A stretch of DNA of 32,000 nt from Candidatus Hermodarchaeota archaeon (GCA_048886185.1 JBHLKY010000004.1:180001-212000), one strand, 5' to 3'. Shown: positions 1 to 9,222, counted from the stretch's first letter. Numbers and translations are program-made. Notes: a model not told the origin generated them from the letters alone.

Positions 1-103
1 GCCAAATTTCTCCTCTCCGAAGTTGAGAGAAAAAGCCAGTACTTACTGGAAACCATTTCCTAAGGCCTCGACATGAAACCAAGGGCTTACCGTTTATACT
101 CAT
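1..103 (-). CDS. oppF: Oligopeptide/dipeptide ABC transporter ATP-binding subunit (OppF/DppF-like), 5' part only; runs off the window edge
   Basis: Hand translation from ATG at 103: MSINGKPLVSCRGLRKWFPVSTGFFSQLRRGEIW. The L.K.FPV..G start is typical of OppF, and the ATG lies 2 nt after the oppD stop. Not in the ORF track. Confidence 0.8.
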   Translation of the reverse strand, partial: MSINGKPLVSCRGLRKWFPVSTGFFSQLRRGEIW

Positions 104-105
104 GG

Positions 106-1104
106 CTATACCTTCCTACCAATACTATAACCTTCGCTTGTTATTCTTCCTGCCGCAAGATGGCATGCTACAAAGTGATTATCCTTCAATTCCTCAGCTG
201 GCGGATCATCAGTTCGACACATGCTTTGAGCATAATCACATCTCGGATGAAAACGACAACCAGAAGGAGGATCCAATAGATTTGGTGGTTGACCAGGAAT
301 CGAAGCCAATGTTTGGTTGTGAGATTTTTCAATTGATGGAATCGAAGCGATTAATCCTTGAGAATAAGGATGCATTGGTCGTTCAAAGATTTCAACTACT
401 GTACCAGATTCAACTATTTTTCCGGCATACATGATTATAACCTTTTCACAGGTCTCTGCTACAACAGAAAGATCATGCGTAATAAGTAAAAGAGTAATAT
501 TTAGCTCCTTTACAAGCAATCGGAGAAGATCCATTATCTGAGCCTGTACTGTGACGTCTAAGGCTGTTGTAGGTTCATCAGCGATAATAAATTTAGGATT
601 ACAAGCCAATGCCATCACTATCATTGAACGCTGCTTCATTCCTCCACTAAACTCGAAAGGATAATGATCCACTCGACCAGGATCAATCCCAACCATCTTA
701 AAAAGCTCTCGTACTCTTTTTAGAGCTTCTTTTTTTGAAATTTCCATATCATGTTGCATAATGGCTTCAGTAATTTGATCCTTGACCTTAATGATGGGAT
801 TGAGGGCGTTCATCGCACCCTGAAAGACCATGGACATCTGTTTCCAGCGGAATTTTCTCATCTCCTCCTCAGAAAATTCCACTAAATCTTGATCATCATA
901 GTAGATGTGACCTCCCATGATCTGCCCTGGGAAAGGTAACATCCGGAGGAGAGCAAAAGCAACGGTGCTCTTACCGCATCCTGATTCGCCAACGAGGCCA
1001 ACTGAGTCACCTTGTCCAATAGTAAAGGAGATATCTTCAACAGCTCGACAATCTCCTCGTTTCATACAATAATATACTTTAAGATCCTCAACGCGTAATG
1101 ACAT
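106..1104 (-). CDS. oppD: Oligopeptide/dipeptide ABC transporter ATP-binding subunit (OppD/DppD)
   Basis: Walker A GESGCGKS, signature FSGGMKQR, Walker B IIADEPTTALD, H-loop ITHDL, C-terminal GCRFHPRC...VACH. ATG at 1104 preferred over GTG at 1116 because AGGTG lies 9 nt upstream. Confidence 0.96.
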   Translation of the reverse strand: MSLRVEDLKVYYCMKRGDCRAVEDISFTIGQGDSVGLVGESGCGKSTVAFALLRMLPFPGQIMGGHIYYDDQDLVEFSEEEMRKFRWKQMSMVFQGAMNALNPIIKVKDQITEAIMQHDMEISKKEALKRVRELFKMVGIDPGRVDHYPFEFSGGMKQRSMIVMALACNPKFIIADEPTTALDVTVQAQIMDLLRLLVKELNITLLLITHDLSVVAETCEKVIIMYAGKIVESGTVVEIFERPMHPYSQGLIASIPSIEKSHNQTLASIPGQPPNLLDPPSGCRFHPRCDYAQSMCRTDDPPAEELKDNHFVACHLAAGRITSEGYSIGRKV

Positions 1105-1116
1105 TTCTGTTTTCAC

Positions 1117-3516
1117 CTATAGTTTTCGTTGTCGTGGATTCATTGCTTTATCTGTAGCATATCCGATGAATACAAAACCCATCGATAGCAGTACAATCAT
1201 AAGCCCAGGTGGCACAACAAACCACCATGCCATATTTTGTAGTGCTGCGGCATTGTAACCCGCTTGAAGCATACGTCCCCATGATACAAGGCCTTGTGGA
1301 GTTAAGGCGAGAAAACTCAAAGCTGCTTCTGAAAGAATTGCTCCAGAAACGCCAGTAGCGAGTTGGACAAAGACTAAAGTTAAGACATTTGGAAATACAT
1401 GCTTGAAGATAAGATAAACATCGCCTGCACCAGCTGCTTTTGCGGCTTCAACATAAGACTTCTCCTTCTCAACAAGGACTTGAGACCGTATGACCCGAGA
1501 GACGCCAGGCCATGCAAACAGTGCAATAATAATTGTTGTAATTTCTAGACTGGGGCTGAAAAGAGCAGCTAGAATCATCATAATTGGCAACCCAGGCATA
1601 ATTAAGAAAAAGTCGACGATTCGCATTAGAATCTCATCGATATAACCACCAAAATACCCTGATACCAAGCCAACCATAAGTCCTACGAAAACACCAATAA
1701 AAGTCGCAACTAGGCCAATGAATAATGAAACCTGAGCTCCCCACATTAACTGGGACATTACATCTTGACCCGCATCAGTAGTTCCTAATAAACCATAATA
1801 GCTAGGATGAACAATGATCCTAACATTGTCAAACCAAGCAATAGCAGTCCCATTCTCATTCTGGGGGACTGGGGGATTATAAGGATTTATTATCGTATTG
1901 GACCACTCTAATCCAAATTCAATTTCTACAATATTATCTTTCTGAAATGCATAATGATATCCAAGAAGAGAGATATTTCGTGTATATGTTTTCCAAATGT
2001 TATGATAAGGTGGTTCGATCTCAGCTCGTGCAAGATAACCTGGAAAAGGGCTTTCCTCTGGTGTTACAATTTGCGCATAAGGAGAGATATAATTTGGATT
2101 TGACCCAGAATATATACATTTGAAATCATATTTTATGGTCACCCATGTTGGTGCAGAATAATTGAATGCAAAAGAGGTATTTGCTTTCACACTAGTTTTG
2201 TGCCTATAAAATATATTTGGGGTTGTTTCCATTCCATCTATAATTGTCATTTTTACTGATCTTGTACCTTCTGTGAAATTCCCCTCACTGTAATCGAACT
2301 CATATGATCCTCTTGTATCATTTTCATATCCTGGTATTACCTGAACCTCTCCAAACCAAGGTCTGATGCCTTCTGAGCGGAATTCCCAAGAATCATTTTC
2401 TTCAAAAGTAGGATCTAAGATATAATTTTTATATGGTGGTGCCTCTGGATCAGTAATGTCTCGCACCCATATAGGAGCAGCATAATCAGGGCCAACTCGT
2501 GCAAGTACTCCTGGATATAAGGGATATGCAATAGGTGCACCAAGTGCTATAATTACAAAAATGATTACTATGACGAGACCCACCACACCATGTTTAACTT
2601 CAGTGAACTGTTTCCATACTCCTATTGATCGTTCTTTAAAGCCTTTTCGATGAGTATAAGATGTTGGCCATTCCAGGGAGCGAATTGTATCTGCAGTGAC
2701 CTTAAGCATGAAGGTGAGTATAAGAATAACTATTAAAGCTCCGATAAGAATAAAAATGGTATATAGAATTAACTCTATGAGGAGATTAAAGTACGAACCG
2801 ACTGGTAGGTCCAGAATCTGAATTGAACTAATATCAAATGTGAAAAAAACTCCCAGAATACCCCCCATTACAGTAATAGTGATCCCTAGTATCAGAGAAA
2901 TCATAGTTACAAATGTTAATAATAATACTATATATATTAATGCTTCTAATGCTGCTCCAAATGCTCCTCGCCAGTTTATTTTATTTTCTGTTGATTGTAT
3001 TGAGACTTTTATAATTGAAGCAACTATCCCTATTATTGTTAATACAAAACCAATGATTTCAATTATATCATGATAATAACTAAAAGTCCTATTTATGACA
3101 CCTGTGGTGTATTTAAAAAAGTCAATAAATATTCCAGTTTCAAGTAAGAAATCTGAAGTCGATCTTATAAGTTCGGGGCTTATTTCAACTAAAATTACAA
3201 TTATTGCCCAAAAACATGCATAAATGAAACCAATGATAGCGAATCTAAGTGCACGAATCCATTCTAGTTTATGGATTGTGGAGGCAGACACTTTTATAAA
3301 AGACATGAGGGCTCCAATACCAAATATTACCATTGCTACAGTGAATACAGCTAATGTTAGAATTTGACTAGTATCATCTGTAAGAGACAATCCATTAATA
3401 ATGCGGTCTCCAACAGCTATCAAGACACTAGATATGATTCCAAATACAAAAAGATAGAGAAAAGAAATGGTTCCTGATTTAAATGCGTCTGGCCATTCCA
3501 AATTTGCTACTGACAT
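1117..3516 (-). CDS. oppC: OppC/DppC-type ABC permease with three N-terminal membrane repeats and a large extracellular insertion
   Basis: C-terminal core has LLGTTDAGQDV, IDEILMRIVDFFL, EAA loop YVEAAKAAGA, LSEAALSFL, WGRML and NPR. Residues 1-280 and 361-570 are extra to a canonical OppC. Confidence 0.92.
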   Translation of the reverse strand: MSVANLEWPDAFKSGTISFLYLFVFGIISSVLIAVGDRIINGLSLTDDTSQILTLAVFTVAMVIFGIGALMSFIKVSASTIHKLEWIRALRFAIIGFIYACFWAIIVILVEISPELIRSTSDFLLETGIFIDFFKYTTGVINRTFSYYHDIIEIIGFVLTIIGIVASIIKVSIQSTENKINWRGAFGAALEALIYIVLLLTFVTMISLILGITITVMGGILGVFFTFDISSIQILDLPVGSYFNLLIELILYTIFILIGALIVILILTFMLKVTADTIRSLEWPTSYTHRKGFKERSIGVWKQFTEVKHGVVGLVIVIIFVIIALGAPIAYPLYPGVLARVGPDYAAPIWVRDITDPEAPPYKNYILDPTFEENDSWEFRSEGIRPWFGEVQVIPGYENDTRGSYEFDYSEGNFTEGTRSVKMTIIDGMETTPNIFYRHKTSVKANTSFAFNYSAPTWVTIKYDFKCIYSGSNPNYISPYAQIVTPEESPFPGYLARAEIEPPYHNIWKTYTRNISLLGYHYAFQKDNIVEIEFGLEWSNTIINPYNPPVPQNENGTAIAWFDNVRIIVHPSYYGLLGTTDAGQDVMSQLMWGAQVSLFIGLVATFIGVFVGLMVGLVSGYFGGYIDEILMRIVDFFLIMPGLPIMMILAALFSPSLEITTIIIALFAWPGVSRVIRSQVLVEKEKSYVEAAKAAGAGDVYLIFKHVFPNVLTLVFVQLATGVSGAILSEAALSFLALTPQGLVSWGRMLQAGYNAAALQNMAWWFVVPPGLMIVLLSMGFVFIGYATDKAMNPRQRKL

Positions 3517-3966
3517 TTTTTTTCACCCTAGAGTACAAACAATTATATCGTTGAATTTATTTCTTAATGCTAAAATGGTAATTTCTGGAGGTTTTGTAGC
3601 GTTCAAATAGTTACCTTTATTGATATATTTACCATTCTGGTTTCAACGATGATTTATTGCGTTTTTATGAGTGATATTTATTAATATAACGATATATGCT
3701 AAAAATTCAATTCAAAATTTGTATTGATTTTGTGAAATACCATTTATTTTGAAGCTATGATAGACATTGGTGAATTTAATTATACATACAAAGCCATTTT
3801 GGTGTAAATTTACTTTATTATATCAACAGACAGGAGAAAATTTGCTTATTTCAACAAACTTATTAATACAACACCGAATAGGGTATCAACAGTCACAAGC
3901 AAAATAATTCCAGATAGAAGAGATATTCCGAAATCCTAGCAAGAAATAGATAAAGGGTTAGTTGAA

Positions 3967-4473
3967 ATGAAGAAGATCATTCTGGTTAGTTGGCTTATAA
4001 TTGTTCTATCATTCTCTGGTCTGTTTGTATCTTCGATAGTCTATGAAATTGACGCATGGTACACAATGGTCAATTTTAAATTCGAATTACATGAAATAAA
4101 TATTGTAAAGAATAGTACTGAAGATATTGTCAGTATGAGAGCCTCTGCAACCATTACCAATCCATCACGTATTTCCTCCTTTACATTGTACTCTATTCGA
4201 GTATCTGTATCATTGAATAATCAAAAATTATTGTATATTTCTAACTCTCTGAAGTGGTATTATTTGGATGTTCCTCCTCAAGAAAATAAAATAGTTTCGT
4301 GGGGTTATCTTGACCTACAACAAGCTGATGTAGACATATTAAACGCGGCTGAATCTGAAGGTACCTGGAATTGGTTTCTCAATATTAGGGTCACACTTAT
4401 CTCTGGTTTTCTTGGAACAGAAGACTATGACAGATCTCAATCTTTTTTAGGAGTAAATTTTATCTCAATCTAA
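3967..4473 (+). CDS. Membrane-anchored protein, possible LEA_2/WHy-like beta-sandwich
   Basis: One N-terminal hydrophobic helix followed by alternating beta-strand pattern with ATITNPS, reminiscent of LEA14/WHy domains. The CDS is well supported; the fold call is tentative. Confidence 0.65.
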   Translation: MKKIILVSWLIIVLSFSGLFVSSIVYEIDAWYTMVNFKFELHEINIVKNSTEDIVSMRASATITNPSRISSFTLYSIRVSVSLNNQKLLYISNSLKWYYLDVPPQENKIVSWGYLDLQQADVDILNAAESEGTWNWFLNIRVTLISGFLGTEDYDRSQSFLGVNFISI

Positions 4474-4507
4474 TTAAATAATTGAAGTTGTTAATGACAC
4501 TTTACTC

Positions 4508-4798
4508 TTACTTAGGATGAGGGAGTAAACGATCAGATAACCAAAGGTAAAGCAAAGAAATAATTGACAAAGCGCTGATGATAAATCCTGCCAATAGAAA
4601 TAATAAACCTATTAATGGGTGGAGAAACCCTTGGACAATCAACCCCAAAATCATAATTATTATTCCAATTACACTAAACCACTTCAGAGTTGGTTGTGTT
4701 GCAATGAGTGATCGGAATTCATGATCTGCATTCAAAATTGCATCACCAGAGAAAGAATTTACAGAATTCAATGTTTTAGTTCTTGCATAATTCAACAA
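4508..4798 (-). CDS. Small two-helix membrane protein, start uncertain
   Basis: Two clear hydrophobic segments (WFSVIGIIIMILGLIVQG; LIGLLFLLAGFIISALSIISLLYLWL). Fills the gap between two + strand genes. Only a TTG start is available. Confidence 0.55.
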   Translation of the reverse strand: MLNYARTKTLNSVNSFSGDAILNADHEFRSLIATQPTLKWFSVIGIIIMILGLIVQGFLHPLIGLLFLLAGFIISALSIISLLYLWLSDRLLPHPK

Positions 4799-4869
4799 AT
4801 TTATTAATACTTTGAGTTGTTCATTGTTATTATATCTTTTATCTGTTAAAAGTACCCAAAGGTGCTTCT

Positions 4870-5874
4870 ATGAGCTTACGAACTTACCTTCTGAAACGTC
4901 TTGTTATAGCAGCCGTTCTATTCATCGCTGTTTTAACCTTTAACTTCTTCATTTTCCGACTCCCAGTTTTTGTAATGGGAATGGATCCCTTAAATTTATA
5001 TGTGGATCGTGAGATGGAGCCTACAACAAGAGAAAGATTGAGAGTAATTTATGGGATTCCTAGTGCTGATGCTGATTTTTGGGAGTGGACGAATCATTTT
5101 ATGTTGTACATGAGAAACATGATATTCCTTGATTTTGGTTTTAGTTTCGAAACTTTTGCTCCCGTCACAGACGATATTATGCAGCGATTGCCGAATACGC
5201 TCCTACTGATGGGTACATCAACAATTCTTTCCATAATAATTGGAGTAGTAATTGGTATTGCGGCAGCTAGCCGCCATGGAGGTAAATTTGATACAGCTAT
5301 GATCACAATTGGTCTCTCACTCTATAGTTTCCCTGTATTCTGGATTGGGATGATGTTACTTTTATTTTTGGCTTATTACATAAACCTCTTCCCCTTAGGC
5401 CATTCGGTCAGCGGATCGCATATATATGAGCAAGGGGGACTTGTATACCTGCAGGATCTGCTTTGGCATTTGGTCTTACCCTGTACTACACTTACTGTTG
5501 CCTTTTTCGGAGGATATATGTTATTAATGCGTAATACGTTAGTTGAAATACTGACGGAAGATTATATTCTTACAGCAAGAGCCAAAGGGCTTTATGAACG
5601 CACTGTTCTATTCAGACATGGATTACGAAATGCCTTTTTACCACTGATCACTGTAATCGCTATACAATTTGCATTTATTGTGAGTGGAGCAGTCTTAACG
5701 GAAACTGTCTTTGCTTGGTTTGGAATGGGACGGCTTCTTTTCGAAGCTCTTTTAGCTTATGATTGGCCTGTATGTCAAGCGATCTTTTATCTAATCGCGA
5801 TATGTGTAATAGCCGCAAATATTATCGCTGATATTCTGTATGGAGTATTAGATCCACGCATTAAATACACATGA
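4870..5874 (+). CDS. oppB: OppB/DppB-type ABC permease
   Basis: FLDFGFSF, RLPNTLLL, SFPVFWIG, EAA loop EDYILTARAKGL, HGLRNAFLP, SGAVLTETVF, DPRIKY. Confidence 0.96.
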   Translation: MSLRTYLLKRLVIAAVLFIAVLTFNFFIFRLPVFVMGMDPLNLYVDREMEPTTRERLRVIYGIPSADADFWEWTNHFMLYMRNMIFLDFGFSFETFAPVTDDIMQRLPNTLLLMGTSTILSIIIGVVIGIAAASRHGGKFDTAMITIGLSLYSFPVFWIGMMLLLFLAYYINLFPLGHSVSGSHIYEQGGLVYLQDLLWHLVLPCTTLTVAFFGGYMLLMRNTLVEILTEDYILTARAKGLYERTVLFRHGLRNAFLPLITVIAIQFAFIVSGAVLTETVFAWFGMGRLLFEALLAYDWPVCQAIFYLIAICVIAANIIADILYGVLDPRIKYT

Positions 5875-5976
5875 AGCGTTTATTCATAAAATTGAGATTA
5901 CATTCATTCTACATCCTCTTAGTTTGTATATTGATACATGAAGGAATTTAATCAATATAAAAATAGGGTCTCAAAC

Positions 5977-6396
5977 ATGGCTTTTGAAGATGAGAGTTCG
6001 AATAAAACTACTATGTTCATTATTTCAACAGTTGGAGCAATCATAGTCAGTAGTACAATTATACACGTTCTATATACTCAAATCCTCCCCTTAACCGAGT
6101 TAACATCTGCTATATTTCTAATGCTGCCGGCAGTCTATATTGGAGTTCTAAATGAAGATATTAAGCGTTCAATGCTTTCAATGACCTTAACAACAGTAGG
6201 AATTGTTGTTCTGTCTTCATTCACACTATCATTACCAGCTTTTGTGGGTGTATTTCCCTATAGTAATGATCTTTTCATTTTTCAGCAGATTACTGAAACA
6301 ATACCTTTACTTTTTCTGGTAATCCCCTTTTTGACTATTGGTACAATAATTGGAGTCATCATCAACGAATTCAAACTGAAAAAATCTAGATATTAA
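5977..6396 (+). CDS. Hypothetical four-helix membrane protein
   Basis: Four hydrophobic segments. Start could be ATG 5938 or ATG 5977; 5977 preferred because the first 13 codons look intergenic. Confidence 0.7.
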   Translation: MAFEDESSNKTTMFIISTVGAIIVSSTIIHVLYTQILPLTELTSAIFLMLPAVYIGVLNEDIKRSMLSMTLTTVGIVVLSSFTLSLPAFVGVFPYSNDLFIFQQITETIPLLFLVIPFLTIGTIIGVIINEFKLKKSRY

Positions 6397-6512
6397 ATTA
6401 TAATCTCAAAAGCTAATACCTATAACATATACCACACCAAAAACCATATACCACGAAACCAAAATAAATCCTAGACTAAATAGATTCTATTCAATTTTAG
6501 GAAGGATAGAAT

Positions 6513-6818
6513 ATGAGCACTCCAGACTCGCAGAATCTTGAAGTTCTTTATCGTCGTTGGATCATCCTCATACCGATTTTGATGATTATTGTTGGTAGTG
6601 CTATTATGGCTGTCGTGGGGCCGTATAACAAGTCAGTTGCTTTGATCGGGGGCATAATTGTTTTTATCGGAATACTAATATTTGGAACTTTAATCTCAAT
6701 AATAATTGGGATAGAATTCGGAGTACGAACATTAGCTAAGAAAGTTCAAGCACCTTTGTCATTTCGAGAGCAAATTGAAGCTAATGAATCGTTTAACAAA
6801 GAAAATCAACATGATTAA
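6513..6818 (+). CDS. Hypothetical two-helix membrane protein
   Basis: Purine-rich AGGAAGG upstream of the ATG; two hydrophobic helices and a charged tail. Confidence 0.7.
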   Translation: MSTPDSQNLEVLYRRWIILIPILMIIVGSAIMAVVGPYNKSVALIGGIIVFIGILIFGTLISIIIGIEFGVRTLAKKVQAPLSFREQIEANESFNKENQHD

Positions 6819-7080
6819 TCTTAGAATCTACAAGCAATACATTGTAAATTAAACATTCTCCTCAACGCCTCCATCTTTTAACTCTACTGCAGAAGACTCT
6901 CTGTAGAATTTCATAATCAACTCTTAACAATGAATAAAAATCACATAAGATAATCTGATCAAAGCAGAGATATTACTATAAACATGTGATAGAAGAGGGA
7001 TAGAGTTTTCTTTATGCATTTAAACGAATTTTATCATTTTATGAGGAAGAACTAAGTTAAAACTTACCTTTGATGTTGGA

Positions 7081-7103
7081 TCTTTTCCTTTTTTTTCTTT
7101 TTC
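7081..7103 (+). terminator. Oligo-T tract, candidate archaeal intrinsic terminator for the oppB unit
   Basis: tcttttccttttttttctttttc lies downstream of the + strand genes and just upstream of a TATA-like element. Confidence 0.4.
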
Positions 7104-7115
7104 ATCTAACATAGC

Positions 7116-7123
7116 TTATATAA
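7116..7123 (+). promoter_or_regulatory. Candidate TATA box for the binding-protein gene
   Basis: TTATATAA about 120 nt upstream of the ATG at 7241. No clear BRE identified. Confidence 0.3.
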
Positions 7124-7240
7124 AATGAACCTTGGTTAGTAGAGAAAATGAGATATTTACTCAGTAGTAATACCATAAAGTAATTAATTGCTGAGTATAT
7201 GCTCAATATGAAATGAAAAAAGAAATAGGAAGATCTTCAA

Positions 7241-9184
7241 ATGAAAAAAACTAAACTACTAAGTCTAGTAGGTGCAATAGCATTATTGGCTATAATTTCT
7301 GCCAGTAATGTGGGTGCTCACACAACACAAGTGTTTACTAGCACCAAATGGCCTACACCTTGGCGTCCCTATGGAGGGTACGTCGATGAGATAGAGTTCG
7401 TAGTCTACACTGAAACCGAGATTCCCCTTGCGATGCTAGCACTCCAAAATGGAGATATTGACGCGTACGATGAACGTGTCTTACAGGACTACCTAGCCGC
7501 TCTTGTACGGGATCCGAATATTGAGGTGACATTTACCCCAAGTGTACGATATCGAGCACTCACTTTGAATTGTATGAAATTCCCAACAAACATTACTGCA
7601 TTCCGCCGTGCCATGGCTTTCGGATTTGATAAATACCGAGCCAATGTGGAATGTATTGGAGGTGTTGGACAGCCCCAAGACAGTTATATTCCTCTGATCT
7701 CGACTGAATGGGAAGTTGAGAGCGTACTCCCTGTGCATTTCTATGACGCTGACTTTGTTTCTGGAAACGCATCTCTAGAAAATGCTGGTTTCAAAGATTT
7801 GGATCAAGATGGATGGCGTGAATACGATACAAACGGTAATGGTATCTGGGATGCAGGTATCGACCTAGATGACAATGCATACGCTGAAGGCGGTATTATG
7901 TCACTATACGCGACTGCAGGATATGATCCAGCAATCAGGGCTTGTGACATCATGGTTGATGGTCTTGAACAAATGGGTGTCCGTGCTGTAACTGAAGAGA
8001 TGGACTTCTTGGCGATCTTTGATGAATTGTGGGCTGGTAGAGCCTGGGTTGCTTGCTGGACAGAAGGTGTAGCTTACGTTAATACAGTCAAATTACTTTA
8101 CGACAACTTTGCCATTGGTGGACAGGGTAATGTCGATCCATACAACTATTATCACTTTAACAATCAAACAATCTCTGATATTCTTGAAGATATGGTAGGT
8201 ACCAATGATATCGATGAAGTTAAACAATACGCTCGGGAAGCAAGCTTACTTTTGGCTTTTGAGCAACCGCAGATTGTTGTTTATAATGATGTCAATATCG
8301 GTGCTTACCGTAATGATAGATTTGATGGTTGGTTTGAATTTGCTGGCGCTGGGGTAGCTAGTGGTGACAACTGGGCCTGTGCAACCAAGGTACACCTTAA
8401 AGAATCCCTTGGTGGTCCATATGGTGGTACATTCTACTATTGTCTATCCGATAACATGGGAACACTTAATCCTTATTTCCAGACAACTGGTTATGAAGCG
8501 ACCGTGAACCAATATGTTTATGAAGGGCTTATCAACGTTGATCCAGCCACATGGGATCTCGAACCAGGATTAGCCTATGAGTGGGATATAGAATCCACAA
8601 CTGAAGATGTTGGTGCAGGAATACAAGATGGTCAGAAATACACATTCTATCTATATCAAAATGAAACTTGGCATGATGGAACCCCATTCACAGCCCAAGA
8701 CGTCAATGTCTCTATACTCCAGTGGACTGCCTCTCCCCGAAGTGGTCCTGAGATGCTAGACATCTACAAACTTGAAATCCCAGACGACTACACCCTCGTC
8801 ATGTATGTGAATAAGTCTGGTTTCTTTGAGTTCGTTGATACTCAGGTACCTTATGTTGTCCCCGCTCACATTTATGACCCAAGTCTTGTCGGAAACATTA
8901 CTGCATTCAATCCAACACTTGCTGATTACGTCGGTACTGGTCCTTATAAAGCCGCTGCACGAGTCCCAGGTGAATATATCCGTCTTGAACGCCACGAAGA
9001 TTGGCGCTGGGATATCCGTGATGTGCCCCCACCACCGCCACCATCAGAAACAACAACTTCTGAAGCTCCAATCGAAACAACCACTACTTCCTCAACAGCA
9101 GAGGGAGGTCCTGGATTCGAACTATTGACTGCATTCGCGGTAATCATGGCAACTACAGTCCTAATTAGAAGAAGAAGAAAATAA
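7241..9184 (+). CDS. oppA: Family 5 (OppA/DppA-like) substrate-binding protein, circularly permuted, with C-terminal PGF-CTERM-like anchor
   Basis: Signal peptide; SBP5 motifs ALQNGDID, FRRAMAFGFD, TLNP, VYEGL, PGLAYEW, WHDGTPFTAQDV, GTGPYK; Pro/Thr/Ser linker; C-terminal PGF + hydrophobic helix + RRRRK. Confidence 0.95.
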   Translation: MKKTKLLSLVGAIALLAIISASNVGAHTTQVFTSTKWPTPWRPYGGYVDEIEFVVYTETEIPLAMLALQNGDIDAYDERVLQDYLAALVRDPNIEVTFTPSVRYRALTLNCMKFPTNITAFRRAMAFGFDKYRANVECIGGVGQPQDSYIPLISTEWEVESVLPVHFYDADFVSGNASLENAGFKDLDQDGWREYDTNGNGIWDAGIDLDDNAYAEGGIMSLYATAGYDPAIRACDIMVDGLEQMGVRAVTEEMDFLAIFDELWAGRAWVACWTEGVAYVNTVKLLYDNFAIGGQGNVDPYNYYHFNNQTISDILEDMVGTNDIDEVKQYAREASLLLAFEQPQIVVYNDVNIGAYRNDRFDGWFEFAGAGVASGDNWACATKVHLKESLGGPYGGTFYYCLSDNMGTLNPYFQTTGYEATVNQYVYEGLINVDPATWDLEPGLAYEWDIESTTEDVGAGIQDGQKYTFYLYQNETWHDGTPFTAQDVNVSILQWTASPRSGPEMLDIYKLEIPDDYTLVMYVNKSGFFEFVDTQVPYVVPAHIYDPSLVGNITAFNPTLADYVGTGPYKAAARVPGEYIRLERHEDWRWDIRDVPPPPPPSETTTSEAPIETTTTSSTAEGGPGFELLTAFAVIMATTVLIRRRRK

Positions 9185-9207
9185 ACAATTTCTTCTAACT
9201 TCACCCC

Positions 9208-9222
9208 TTTTTTTCTTTTTTT
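9208..9222 (+). terminator. Oligo-T intrinsic terminator after the binding-protein gene
   Basis: tttttttcttttttt 23 nt after the stop codon, the usual form of archaeal intrinsic terminators. Confidence 0.65.

Noticed and set aside
6883-6907. Inverted repeat TCTAC...GTAGA
   Set aside because: Only a 5-bp perfect stem with bulges; within chance expectation.
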